Shown here: positions 1-8,707 of the stretch, in pieces
Numbering within the stretch: the first letter of the stretch is position 1
Layout: every line of letters begins with the position of its first letter
Source of the DNA: Spirochaetia bacterium
Lineage (GTDB): Bacteria; Spirochaetota; Spirochaetia; UBA9216
Direction of reading: 5' to 3'
Assembly (NCBI GenBank): GCA_963675665.1
Contig: OY776510.1
Span: forward strand, 1,088,001 to 1,152,000
DNA length: 64,000 bases
The notes under the pieces: generated by a model
Databases searched by the model: none
Seen by the model: only the letters and a program-made list of their open reading frames with translations
Told to the model about the DNA's origin: nothing
Translations under genes and position numbers: made by a program

Positions 1-921
1 GGAGCACTTGAAGCAGGAAAACACGTCTGGTGTGAAAAACCTCTGGCAGTTGATCTTGAAGACGGTTTGAAAACTATAGAGCTGGCAAAGAAGAAGAATC
101 TCAGGGTAGGCTGCGCACCCGATACATTTCTTGGCGGCAGGATGCAGATGGTTAGAAAGATAGTTGATGACGGCTGGCTGGGCAATATTATCGGTGGGAC
201 AGCTACTATGCTCATTCCTGGACATGAGTTATGGCATCCCGGCCCTGATTTTTACTATAAGAAAGGGGCAGGTCCTCTTTTTGATATGGCACCTTACTAT
301 ATAACAGCCCTGTTGTCTACATTGGGACCGGTAAAGAGTATCTCAGGTGCTATTGCCACTACGTATAAACAGAGAGAGATAAAATGTGAGCCTCTTAAAG
401 GTCAATTGATGGATGTAGAGGTTCCCACTCATGTTTCAGGTATTCTCCAGTTTGAGAACGGAGCAATTGTAAATTTAATCGTAACATTCGATGTATGGGA
501 TTCTAAATTGCCCAGGTTGGAATTATATGGAACAGAAGGTACATTATCGATTGATGATGCTGATCCATATGGCGGGCCGAATACGTTTGAAGGGCCTATA
601 AAGTTTAGAACAAAGGATGAATCTGACTGGCTTGGTTTTCCTACGCAGATTCCAAGACGTCCGGAAGCGACTGAATGGCCGAGAATCCCAACCCTTTTTC
701 AGTACAACAGCAACAGTCGCGGCGTTGGTCTTGCAGATTTAACTACCGCCCTTCAGTCAGGTCGTGTTCACAGGGCCAGTGGTGAGATGGCTTATCATGC
801 ACTCGAGGTTATGCATGGAATATTAATCTCTGCTGATACTGAAAAAAACTATAACCCCAAGAGCAGTTTTGAGCGACCTGCTCCAATGGTCGCAAACCTT
901 CCTGAGTTTACTCTGGACTAG
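1..921 (+). CDS. Gfo/Idh/MocA family oxidoreductase (5' end lies before the window)
   Basis: Frame is open from base 1 (GALEAGKHVWCEKPL), followed by GCAPDTFLG and GAGPLFDMAPYY motifs; TAG at 919-921. Confidence 0.9.
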   Translation, partial: GALEAGKHVWCEKPLAVDLEDGLKTIELAKKKNLRVGCAPDTFLGGRMQMVRKIVDDGWLGNIIGGTATMLIPGHELWHPGPDFYYKKGAGPLFDMAPYYITALLSTLGPVKSISGAIATTYKQREIKCEPLKGQLMDVEVPTHVSGILQFENGAIVNLIVTFDVWDSKLPRLELYGTEGTLSIDDADPYGGPNTFEGPIKFRTKDESDWLGFPTQIPRRPEATEWPRIPTLFQYNSNSRGVGLADLTTALQSGRVHRASGEMAYHALEVMHGILISADTEKNYNPKSSFERPAPMVANLPEFTLD

Positions 922-932
922 ATTACTTATTC

Positions 933-968
933 ACTGCCCGGATACTTTTAGTTTCCGGGCAGTTTTTA
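933..968 (+). terminator. Rho-independent terminator; target hairpin of the group IIC intron
   Basis: ACTGCCCGGA (933-942) pairs with TCCGGGCAGT (954-963), followed by a T-run. Confidence 0.85.
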
Positions 969-1491
969 GTTTGCCCTGCATGGGTAATGACTTGACGGTG
1001 AGAGTCCGTTACAGGTGGTAGTGTTAAAGAAACTGTTAGCTGACAGCAAGGGCGTAGTCGTGAGGCTGGGTCTGAAGGAAGCATGAGGCAAATTTCCGAA
1101 CCGACGAACAGAAATCACATATAAGGCTTTATCAGTGGACGAGTTTGCTAAAAGTGACGAAATCCGCACTACAACTGATGAAGTAAATGTGGCGGTTACA
1201 TGGAAGGAAAGTCATTATCCTTAACGGGGGAGGTCTCATGGACGTCTTAGGCTGCAATATCGCTTATTATAGACGGAGTAAAGCTTGCCATGAGAAGTCA
1301 GCAGAAGCCATAGTAGTGATGAGGAAACATCATGAAGGGCTGAACAATCAAATACCTTTCAAAGCGGAAAGGCCTACCTGATAATCCGAACGACGAAAAA
1401 AAAAGTCTTCACAGGGGATAATTCAGAGTAGAAAGGAACACATGAGAAAGGACGACAAGTTAATACCGAATACCAATCTATGCGAACAACT

Positions 1492-1499
1492 GATTTCCC
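1492..1499. repeat. IS66 target-site duplication GATTTCCC, left copy
   Basis: Identical to 3805-3812; 8 bp is the usual IS66 duplication. Confidence 0.95.
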
Positions 1500-1518
1500 G
1501 TAAGCGGTAATTCTTCCC

Positions 1519-3051
1519 CTATGACTTTATCTGTTCAGCGGTCAGGTTGAACGGTAGCAGTTTTTCATAATCTGCGGGTTCTTCACAGTACGGTAACTTG
1601 CGAAAAACATAGTAGAAGTAATCATAGACCGATAGCTTCTGCAATTTAGCAGATTCAACAAGACTGTAGAGTACCGCCGAAGATTCGGCTCCATGTTCGG
1701 TGTCGGAAAACAACCAGTTCTTCCGTCCGATTACAAACGGCCGGATTGCATTTTCAGCAATGTTGTTCGACGGAGTAAGCAGCGGATCTTCCAAGTATAA
1801 CTTTAACTGAACCCAGTTATCAAGCGTGTATGATATCGCCTTCCCGAAAGCCATTGTAGGCGGAGTCCCTGCTGCATGTTTAGTAAGCTGTTTGAATAAA
1901 GAATCAAGGATAGATCCGGCCTGGTTGGCTCGATGCTTCTGAAAGCCTTTTTGGGAATATTGCTCGCGCAGGGCTTCAAGCTCGAACAGGTCTTTAATCA
2001 ATTCAAGTATATGTTTTACTTCCGGAGATTTAGACATCTCCCAGTATTTATAAAAATACCTTCTGGCATGCGCCCAACATAAAACATGACGGGGTCCATC
2101 ATGTCCATCTTTTCGCAGCCTTTTCAAAGCAGTGTGATAGGCCTCATAATCATCAGTCTGCAGCCAACCGGTATAACCTTGCAGAAAATCATACGGTATT
2201 TCATGAGAACGGCCTGTTTCATACTGAAACACTACCGATTTTTTATCAGGTTTTCCGCCAAGAAAGACCCACATCCAGGATTTATCCTGTGCTTTGCGAC
2301 CTTTTTCTTTCAAAACCTGTACCCGGGTTTCATCGGCATTTATTATCGGCCCGTTTTTAATATTATCTTTAAGCAACTCATAAATCGGTCTGCATTTATC
2401 AGCGCACTTTATTGCCAATGTGCTCAGTGTTGCCCTTGGAATATCTGCACCAATTGTATTCAGTCTCTTGCTCTGACGGTAGAACGGGAGAGCATATTCA
2501 AACTTCTCATTTATGATCCACGCGAGAAGGCTTTCATCGGCAATGCTCCCGGCGATCAGATGTTTAATCCCTTCAGCAGTCTGCACCCCCGAAGTTTCAT
2601 CGGTGGTTCCTTCACAATTTCTGCAAACATATTTTTTCTTTATCTCACGCCTGACTACTACTTTCGCAGGAACTATGCATAGCCGTTCGGAGACATCTTC
2701 ACCAATACAAATCTTCTCAGTTCCGCAAGCGCATGTTTTATCTTCCTCATCAATATCGTATTCAATAATTTCTCGGGGAAGATCTTCTGACAGAGCTTTT
2801 CTACCGACACCCTTACGAACAGTTTTCGTGTGAGCTTTTACTTCACGGGTCTCAGTTTCTATTTCTTCGTTCTGCTCAAATGCCGTATCCTCTGCCTCGT
2901 TGAAAAGTGACGCCTGTTTTTTATTTTCATTCGTGAGCTTCTCTGATTTTGTTCCGAAATGAAGAGATTGCAAAAGCTGGACCTGCTCTTCTAATCGGGC
3001 AATTTTTATTTTTAATTTCTCATTCTCTTCAAGCAAAGCCTGGCTGTTCAT
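1519..3051 (-). CDS. tnpC: IS66 DDE transposase TnpC
   Basis: N-terminal coiled coil with FGTKSEK, Cys motifs CACG and CRNC, INADET, CWAHARRYF, SNNIAENAIRPFVIGRKNWLF. Confidence 0.95.
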   Translation of the reverse strand: MNSQALLEENEKLKIKIARLEEQVQLLQSLHFGTKSEKLTNENKKQASLFNEAEDTAFEQNEEIETETREVKAHTKTVRKGVGRKALSEDLPREIIEYDIDEEDKTCACGTEKICIGEDVSERLCIVPAKVVVRREIKKKYVCRNCEGTTDETSGVQTAEGIKHLIAGSIADESLLAWIINEKFEYALPFYRQSKRLNTIGADIPRATLSTLAIKCADKCRPIYELLKDNIKNGPIINADETRVQVLKEKGRKAQDKSWMWVFLGGKPDKKSVVFQYETGRSHEIPYDFLQGYTGWLQTDDYEAYHTALKRLRKDGHDGPRHVLCWAHARRYFYKYWEMSKSPEVKHILELIKDLFELEALREQYSQKGFQKHRANQAGSILDSLFKQLTKHAAGTPPTMAFGKAISYTLDNWVQLKLYLEDPLLTPSNNIAENAIRPFVIGRKNWLFSDTEHGAESSAVLYSLVESAKLQKLSVYDYFYYVFRKLPYCEEPADYEKLLPFNLTAEQIKS

Positions 3052-3089
3052 AAATAAATTTTAACATGATTAAATTCCGGTGTGAAGCA

Positions 3090-3434
3090 TTAAACGCGGG
3101 AATATGATAATTCTTTATGCGCGTTGAAGAAATCTATCCCGTCCAGCAGCATCTTAAGTTCCTCGAATCTGATTTCTCTGGCCTCTTCTTCTGTTTCAGG
3201 CCAGGGAAACTTGTTCTTCTCCAACCGTTTCTGCCATAGGCAGAATCCGTTTCGATCCCAGTAGACAATTTTCAAAAGTTTTTGTTGGCCGTTACAGAAC
3301 AGAAACAAACTTTTCGAAAACGGGTCATTATGCATTACGTTCTGAATCTGAAGGCTCAATCCGTTTACCCCTTTTCTTAAATCCGTTTTGCCGGGCCGTA
3401 TAAAATATCGGTAATCTGTATAATCGAAAATCAT
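3090..3434 (-). CDS. tnpB: IS66 accessory protein TnpB
   Basis: TDLRKGVNGL...LFLFCN...KIVYWDRNGFCLWQKRLEKNKFPWP. Confidence 0.95.
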   Translation of the reverse strand: MIFDYTDYRYFIRPGKTDLRKGVNGLSLQIQNVMHNDPFSKSLFLFCNGQQKLLKIVYWDRNGFCLWQKRLEKNKFPWPETEEEAREIRFEELKMLLDGIDFFNAHKELSYSRV

Positions 3435-3727
3435 TCAAGTTCTCCGATTATTCTCAGAACTGATTTCAGCTCGGCTTCATCAAACCCGGCAGTTATTGAT
3501 ATTAAAAACTTTTTGGACTTCAATACAATTGGTGCAGCTGCTACAGATTGAACGGGTTTTATTTCTATTATCTCTGAGCTCTTTGACAGGTTCATACCGA
3601 ACCGTTTTCTGTGCTTATAGAAAGTATTTGGATGAATTTCAATCTCTTTGCAAAACTCCGGAATTGATTTTCCGCTCATCTGTTGTTGTTCAAATATTTC
3701 TTCCCAGTTTTTGATTATCTTCTTCAT
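3431..3727 (-). CDS. tnpA: IS66 accessory protein TnpA (HTH)
   Basis: WEEIFEQQQMSGKSIPEFCKEIEIHPNTFYKHRKR; GGAGG RBS before ATG 3727; ATGA overlap with tnpB. Confidence 0.88.
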   Translation of the reverse strand: MKKIIKNWEEIFEQQQMSGKSIPEFCKEIEIHPNTFYKHRKRFGMNLSKSSEIIEIKPVQSVAAAPIVLKSKKFLISITAGFDEAELKSVLRIIGELE

Positions 3728-3804
3728 TTCATTCCTCCGTGATTCTTTTCCCGGAGGATAGTACATTTTCAGATTTTCGCAAGAAGGAAAGAATTACCGC
3801 TTAC

Positions 3805-3812
3805 GATTTCCC
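3805..3812. repeat. IS66 target-site duplication GATTTCCC, right copy
   Basis: Identical to 1492-1499. Confidence 0.95.
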
Positions 3813-5108
3813 CTGCAAATATTCAGGAAGCTGTCAGAAAGGTGATGGCAAATAAAGGTGCCTGTGGAGTGGATGGAATGGGAGTAGAAGAACTCCCGAA
3901 ATACTTCGAGGCGAACTATCCTGAAATATGCAGGCAGATTTTGAGCAGGAAGTACAAACCAAAACCAGTACTGCGAGTAGAAATACCAAAAGACAACGGG
4001 GGCGTACGACTTCTGGGGATCCCCACGGTAATAGACCGTGTAATCCAACAGGCTATGGTTCAGGTTTTAACTCCGGTGTTTGAACCGACTTTCAGCGACT
4101 TTAGTTTTGGGTTTCGACCGAACAGAAGCGCAGAAGATGCGGTTCGACTCGCCCAGACCTACATGTCCGAAGGATACACCCATGTAGTTGATTTGGATTT
4201 ATCCAAGTTCTTCGACACTGTAAACCATGACATCCTAATGAGTTTGATAGACAAACACATGGACGATAAGGACATCAGGAGGCTCATCTACGTATTCTTA
4301 AAAAGCGGAGTGATGACGGATGGAAGTATGATGGCCACAGCCTTGGGAACACCTCAGGGGGGACCGCTGTCTCCACTACTGTCAAATATTTATCTAACCC
4401 CGTATGACAAGGAATTGGAAAAGCGGGGATTACGTTTTGTCAGGTACGCAGATGACTGTAACATCTTCACAAAGAGCAAGAGGTCTTCTTACCGGGTGAG
4501 AGATAGTGTGAAAAGCTATCTTGAGCGAAAATTAAAACTTAAAGTGAATATGGAAAAGACAGAGGCGCGAAAAGCCGCGGGCTCTTCCTTCCTCGGATTC
4601 ACCTTCTTGACCTACGGGAAACAGGAAATATTAGGAATAGTCTATCCTCAAAAGAAGAAACTTAAGAAGCTCGAAGACCGTATCAGACTAATTACCCGAC
4701 GTAACAGAGGAGTAAAGATTGAAACGGTTATTAAAGAGCTTAACAGCATGTTCAGAGGATGGATAGGATACTTCGCAAGAAGCTCCATGAAAAACTACCT
4801 CGAAAGGTTGGTGGAGTGGACAAGAAGACGCATTCGCCAATATCTTTGGAAACAGTGGAAAACCGGAAGGAATAGAAAACATCGTTTGAGACAATTAGGC
4901 GTTAGTGATTCTGTTCTGAGCCATTGGAAACTTGGAAGCAACTCTTATTGGAAAATGGCCGGTGTTATGAATCCTCTGTTGAAGAACGATATAATTCATA
5001 ATCACTTTGGGTTGTTAGATGCTCTGGATTTCTACAAGAAACTCCATACGAAACGCATGGAGGCTGATCGGGTGGTACTTGATTTGAGGTACCACAGTCT
5101 ATTTGGTT

Positions 5109-5180
5109 GAACCGCCGTATACCGAACGGTACGTACGGTGGTGTGAGAGGCAGAAATTTATTGATTTCTGCCTACTCGAT
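5109..5180 (+). ncRNA. Group II intron domains V and VI
   Basis: GAACCGCCGTATACCGAACGGTACGTACGGTGGTGTGAGAGG has the IIC-type CGC triad; DVI hairpin GGCAGAAAT...ATTTCTGCC with bulged A; terminal AT. Confidence 0.95.
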
Positions 5181-5392
5181 TTTAAAGATAATAAAATAAT
5201 TTAATAAAGCAAAAATGTGAAATCACTCAATTTTTGTATTTGAACCAATTAGAATGGGATAATGAGTAAAACGGTCTAATTTGCCGTCTAAAGTGGTGAT
5301 AATTAGATAAATTTACATAATATGCTACAAATTTAGTAATATTTTTCCTGAAAATATACGGATTTATTAGTAAAATTACTTAATAAAGTAGC

Positions 5393-5421
5393 TTGACAAA
5401 TAGAGGAAGTGGTATTAAACT
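5393..5421 (+). promoter_or_regulatory. Sigma70-type promoter of the sugar-binding protein gene
   Basis: TTGACA-17 bp-TAAACT. Confidence 0.5.
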
Positions 5422-5497
5422 TTTAAATTATAATGGCAGTCTGCATCCGAATTGTATATTATGTTCGGCAGGCGCTATAAACAAAAGGAGATTGGAA

Positions 5498-6451
5498 ATG
5501 AGAAAAGTCTTGATTATGTTTGTTTGCTTTGCAATGGCAGCATCTTTTGCAGTTGCAGGCGGAGCACAGGAAGAGGGAGATACTGTTGTTTTACTTAATA
5601 TCGGTATGCAATCGCCGTATCCGCCGTTATATTCCGACAATCTTGAAAAACACCTGAATGCTGAAGGAATTGAGATGTTCATGTTTGACGGCAAGTTTGA
5701 TGCACAGCTGCAGTCAAGCCAGATGGACGATGCAATTGCAATGAGCCCCAAGGCGATAGTTGTATTTCCCGTTGATTCTGCGGCAATGGCTACAGCAATC
5801 AAAAAAGCTTATGATGCGGGAATACCTGTAATTATGGGAAACGGTCAGCCTGTTGAAGCATCAGTTCCCTATACAACTCTTTATTTTGGACCGAACAACT
5901 ATGAAGAAGGAAAGGTTGCCGGAAATACTGCCAACGAGATTCTTGGAAGTTCAGGAAACGTAGTTATCGTTGAAGGTGCAACAGGACAGGATGCGTCCAT
6001 CAAGAGAACCGAAGGTTTTAAAGATGTGCTTAACCCGGGTATCAAGGTTCTGGCAGCACAGCCTGCAGACTGGGTAAAAGATGATGCGGTCAGGGTTATG
6101 TCCGATTTTATCACAAGTTATGGTGCTGATATTGATTTAATCTGGTCTCATAGTGATGATATGGGCGCCGGTGTAGGTATTGCGCTTGAAGAAGCCGGTT
6201 ATAAACCTGGTGAAATACCGTCGGTATCTTTAGGCGGAAGCAAGGCCGGAATGGAATCGATAGAAGCCGGTTACATAACAAACCTGATTATACAGTCTCC
6301 AATTGATGAAACCGATCAGTTGGCTCCTTTTGTAATCAAGGTAGTAAAAGAAGGCTGGAAGGCCGGACAGCAGTGGGACCCGTACTGGAATTTTATGGAA
6401 ACTCCTGTAGTCGACGGAAGCTCATATAAGCCTTACATGCCGGGATTCTAA
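5498..6451 (+). CDS. Sugar ABC transporter periplasmic substrate-binding protein (RbsB-like)
   Basis: Signal peptide ending AGGAQEE; IVVFPVDSAAMATAIKKAYDAGIPVI, RTEGF and SHSDDMGAG motifs; AGGAG RBS before ATG 5498. Confidence 0.88.
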   Translation: MRKVLIMFVCFAMAASFAVAGGAQEEGDTVVLLNIGMQSPYPPLYSDNLEKHLNAEGIEMFMFDGKFDAQLQSSQMDDAIAMSPKAIVVFPVDSAAMATAIKKAYDAGIPVIMGNGQPVEASVPYTTLYFGPNNYEEGKVAGNTANEILGSSGNVVIVEGATGQDASIKRTEGFKDVLNPGIKVLAAQPADWVKDDAVRVMSDFITSYGADIDLIWSHSDDMGAGVGIALEEAGYKPGEIPSVSLGGSKAGMESIEAGYITNLIIQSPIDETDQLAPFVIKVVKEGWKAGQQWDPYWNFMETPVVDGSSYKPYMPGF

Positions 6452-6468
6452 AAAAACGATTTTACATC

Positions 6469-6497
6469 GGGGAGCGTTAAAAGCTCCCCTTTTTTTT
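6469..6497 (+). terminator. Rho-independent terminator
   Basis: GGGGAGC-loop-GCTCCCC followed by T8. Confidence 0.85.
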
Positions 6498-6546
6498 GTT
6501 TAATTCATTTATCCGGTGCTGTCTTTTTATGAATAAACCCGGACGG

Positions 6547-7737
6547 TTATTCCGGTAAAGGTAAATCATCGGGTAATTGATGAATTTTAGGTCTTCTCGG
6601 CTGTCGTTTCGGTATCATGCTGCGCATTGCTTCAAGTTTGCCGAAACAAAGCAGCCTGTCGTTGGCTTCCAGTATTCTGGAGTCCCTCGGGTTTGGGATT
6701 ACTTCAGTACCTCTGTGCAGCGTAAGAACCGTTATGTCGTTGTCCCTCAATCCGGAATCCCTGATGCTTGAACCTATCAGATGACTGTCTTCCTTTACAA
6801 GAAGTTCGGCTACTCCGTAGCCTGTGCTTACGGTAAGCCTTTGCCTGACATCAAGTTCGGGAAATGCAACCTGATTTGATATATAATCGATTATTGAGCC
6901 GGCTATATCCAGGTTTGTCGCTTTTTCAATTCCTTCAAGCCCCGGTGATGAATTGACTTCCAGAATAAGCGGCCCGCCGCCGCTTTCTATCATATCTACG
7001 CCGGCGACCTTAAGCCCCATTATCTGGGCTGTTCTTACTGCCGTACGCTCATATTCTGCAGTAAGTTTAACGGCTTCAGTTGATCCGCCCCTATGATAAT
7101 TGGAACGAAATTCATCGCCCCTGGCTGTTCTTCGCATGGCAGCAACAACACGATCGCCGACAACGAAAGCCCTTATATCGCTGCCCTTGCTTTCTCCCAC
7201 ATAATTCTGGATAAGCACATTCTGCTTGGTGCTATGGAGGGTTTCAATAATTGCTTCTGCAACCTTTTTATCCGGGGCGAGAATTACTCCTATCCCCTGG
7301 GTTCCTTCAAGAAGCTTGATAATAACGGGAGCGCCGCCGACCCTTTCAATTGCCGGTATAACATCTTTTCTGTCCCGTACAAAGGTGGTCGCCGGAATTC
7401 CTATATCGTGTCTTGATAAAATTTGGGTCGCGCGGAGCTTGTCTCTTGAATTGAGTATTCCGTTTGAAGTATTCGGAGTGTATACATCCATCTGTTCAAA
7501 TTGCCGGACAACTGCTGTTCCGAAATATGTTATTGATGCTCCAATCCGGGGGATTACGGCATCAAAATCGTGAACCGGATTTCCGCGATATTGCAGGTCC
7601 GGCTCATTTCCGGAAAAATCTATTGCAAACCTGAGAGTATTCATGATTTTACTGTCATATCCACGTTCTGCTGCAGCCATTTTCAATCTTTGGGTGCTGT
7701 AAGATTTCGGGGCGCATGAAAGAATTGCAATTTTCAT
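6547..7737 (-). CDS. rimK: RimK-family alpha-L-glutamate ligase (ATP-grasp) with C-terminal TrkA-C/RCK_C domain
   Basis: PRIGASITYFG, KLLEGTQGIGV, FRSNYHRGG, LEVNSSPGLEGIE; C-terminal LIGSSIRDSGLR...VLTLHRG...PRDSRILEANDRLLCFG. Confidence 0.92.
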   Translation of the reverse strand: MKIAILSCAPKSYSTQRLKMAAAERGYDSKIMNTLRFAIDFSGNEPDLQYRGNPVHDFDAVIPRIGASITYFGTAVVRQFEQMDVYTPNTSNGILNSRDKLRATQILSRHDIGIPATTFVRDRKDVIPAIERVGGAPVIIKLLEGTQGIGVILAPDKKVAEAIIETLHSTKQNVLIQNYVGESKGSDIRAFVVGDRVVAAMRRTARGDEFRSNYHRGGSTEAVKLTAEYERTAVRTAQIMGLKVAGVDMIESGGGPLILEVNSSPGLEGIEKATNLDIAGSIIDYISNQVAFPELDVRQRLTVSTGYGVAELLVKEDSHLIGSSIRDSGLRDNDITVLTLHRGTEVIPNPRDSRILEANDRLLCFGKLEAMRSMIPKRQPRRPKIHQLPDDLPLPE

Positions 7738-8240
7738 TATTCCTGCAGTCCTCCGCTGTTTAATTTCCGAATATTTGAAGGGGCTTTTTTCCCCAGATAT
7801 GATTTCCCGGTTATTACCAGAAAGTTCTGATCCAGCGCTTTTCGGCCGAGAAGCATTCTGAATCCCATAAGTTTCCTGTTTGTCAGCGTTAATTCCGTAT
7901 TTATATAGCGTCCCGCTACATTTATGCCGGTCCGAATTACAGGACGTCTTTCCATGCTGCCGGAAGAGCTGCGGATATTTCTGAATGCAATCAATTCGGC
8001 AGTTACTGCTTTTTTATCCGAATTGCTGTTTTGCCACGGATACACGGTAAATGTTACCATCCTTACTCCCTGGTGTTCGAATATGCTGATATCTTCAGCA
8101 TGTAATGATGAGGTTTTTGCCCCGGTATCAACCTTGGCTTTAATATATCCTATTTCCCATTCAGGAAAACTAATCCATTCACGCCAGCCGAGAGGAGTTA
8201 ATGAATTAAGATCCACCGATAACCTGTTCATAATTTGCAT
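7737..8240 (-). CDS. rimB: RimK-associated retropepsin-like protease (RimB / putative ATP-dependent Zn protease family)
   Basis: LGWREW, KAKVDTGAKTSSLHA, MGFRMLLGRKAL; TAATG overlap with rimK. Confidence 0.82.
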   Translation of the reverse strand: MQIMNRLSVDLNSLTPLGWREWISFPEWEIGYIKAKVDTGAKTSSLHAEDISIFEHQGVRMVTFTVYPWQNSNSDKKAVTAELIAFRNIRSSSGSMERRPVIRTGINVAGRYINTELTLTNRKLMGFRMLLGRKALDQNFLVITGKSYLGKKAPSNIRKLNSGGLQE

Positions 8241-8312
8241 ATTAGTGAATATATAAGAATACGTCTATCTTCTTCTATGAAAAGGATATTTTTTTCAGTT
8301 ATAATAAATAAC

Positions 8313-8693
8313 ATGACCAGACTGATCGTCAAATTGAAAATGAAGGCACGGGAACTCGGAAAAATGGTAACGGCGGTATATTATGCAGGCAGAAACCCTG
8401 AATTGCCGGGATTTACCAGGTTCCTGATAATTTTCACAACAGCATATGCTTTAAGCCCGATAGATTTGATTCCGGATTTTATCCCCGTTCTGGGATACAT
8501 TGATGATTTAATAATTCTTCCGGCGCTTATTACCCTGTGTATAAAAAGAATTCCCGACGGAATAATGGAGGAGTCGCTGAGACTGGCCGAAGAACAGCCG
8601 CTGTCCCTGAAGAAGAACTGGAAGGCAGGCGCAGTAATATTACTGATCTGGGGGAGCGTTATTTTCAAAGTTGTTCTGGCCGTTATAAAATAA
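8313..8693 (+). CDS. YkvA/DUF1232 membrane protein
   Basis: AYALSPIDLIPDFIPVLGYIDD signature. Confidence 0.88.
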   Translation: MTRLIVKLKMKARELGKMVTAVYYAGRNPELPGFTRFLIIFTTAYALSPIDLIPDFIPVLGYIDDLIILPALITLCIKRIPDGIMEESLRLAEEQPLSLKKNWKAGAVILLIWGSVIFKVVLAVIK

Positions 8694-8707
8694 CGCCCTG
8701 AAAATTA

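Larger units (their letters stand above)
1500..3804 (-). mobile_element. IS66-family insertion sequence (2305 bp)
   Basis: Terminal IRs GTAAGCGGTAATTCTT (1500-1515 and 3789-3804); tnpA-tnpB-tnpC gene order; flanked by an 8-bp direct repeat. Confidence 0.96.
1442..5110 (+). pseudogene. ltrA: Intron-encoded reverse transcriptase/maturase, interrupted by IS66 at codon 20 (451 aa when reconstructed; no endonuclease domain)
   Basis: Removing the IS and one TSD copy joins MRKDDKLIPNTNLCEQLIS-PANIQEAVRKVMANKGACGVDGM in frame; GTPQGGPLSPLLSNIYL and RYADD motifs; AAAGGA RBS before ATG 1442. Confidence 0.92.
969..5180 (+). mobile_element. Group II intron, class IIC, carrying an IS66 insertion
   Basis: 5' end GTTTGCCCTGCATGGG resembles IIC GTGYGCCCGGCATGGG; DIII-like AGAAGTCAGCAGAAGCCATAGTAG...GAAGGGCTGAAC near 1293-1346; RT ORF; DV-DVI ending CTACTCGAT at 5180; lies directly after a terminator; about 1.9 kb without the IS. 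Confidence 0.93.

Noticed and set aside
966-1381. Short ORFs 966-1169 (-) and 1187-1381 (+)
   Set aside because: They lie in intron RNA domains I-III and have no RBS or protein motifs
2086-2833. Antisense ORFs within tnpC, and the many similar shadow ORFs elsewhere (e.g. 14051, 31918, 38756, 55585, 56546)
   Set aside because: They fully overlap well-supported genes on the other strand or frame and carry no recognisable motifs
3842-5110. 422-aa RT as a stand-alone retron, DGR or defence RT
   Set aside because: It is flanked by group II intron domains and its true N-terminus is at 1442; no template/variable repeats or msr-msd are visible
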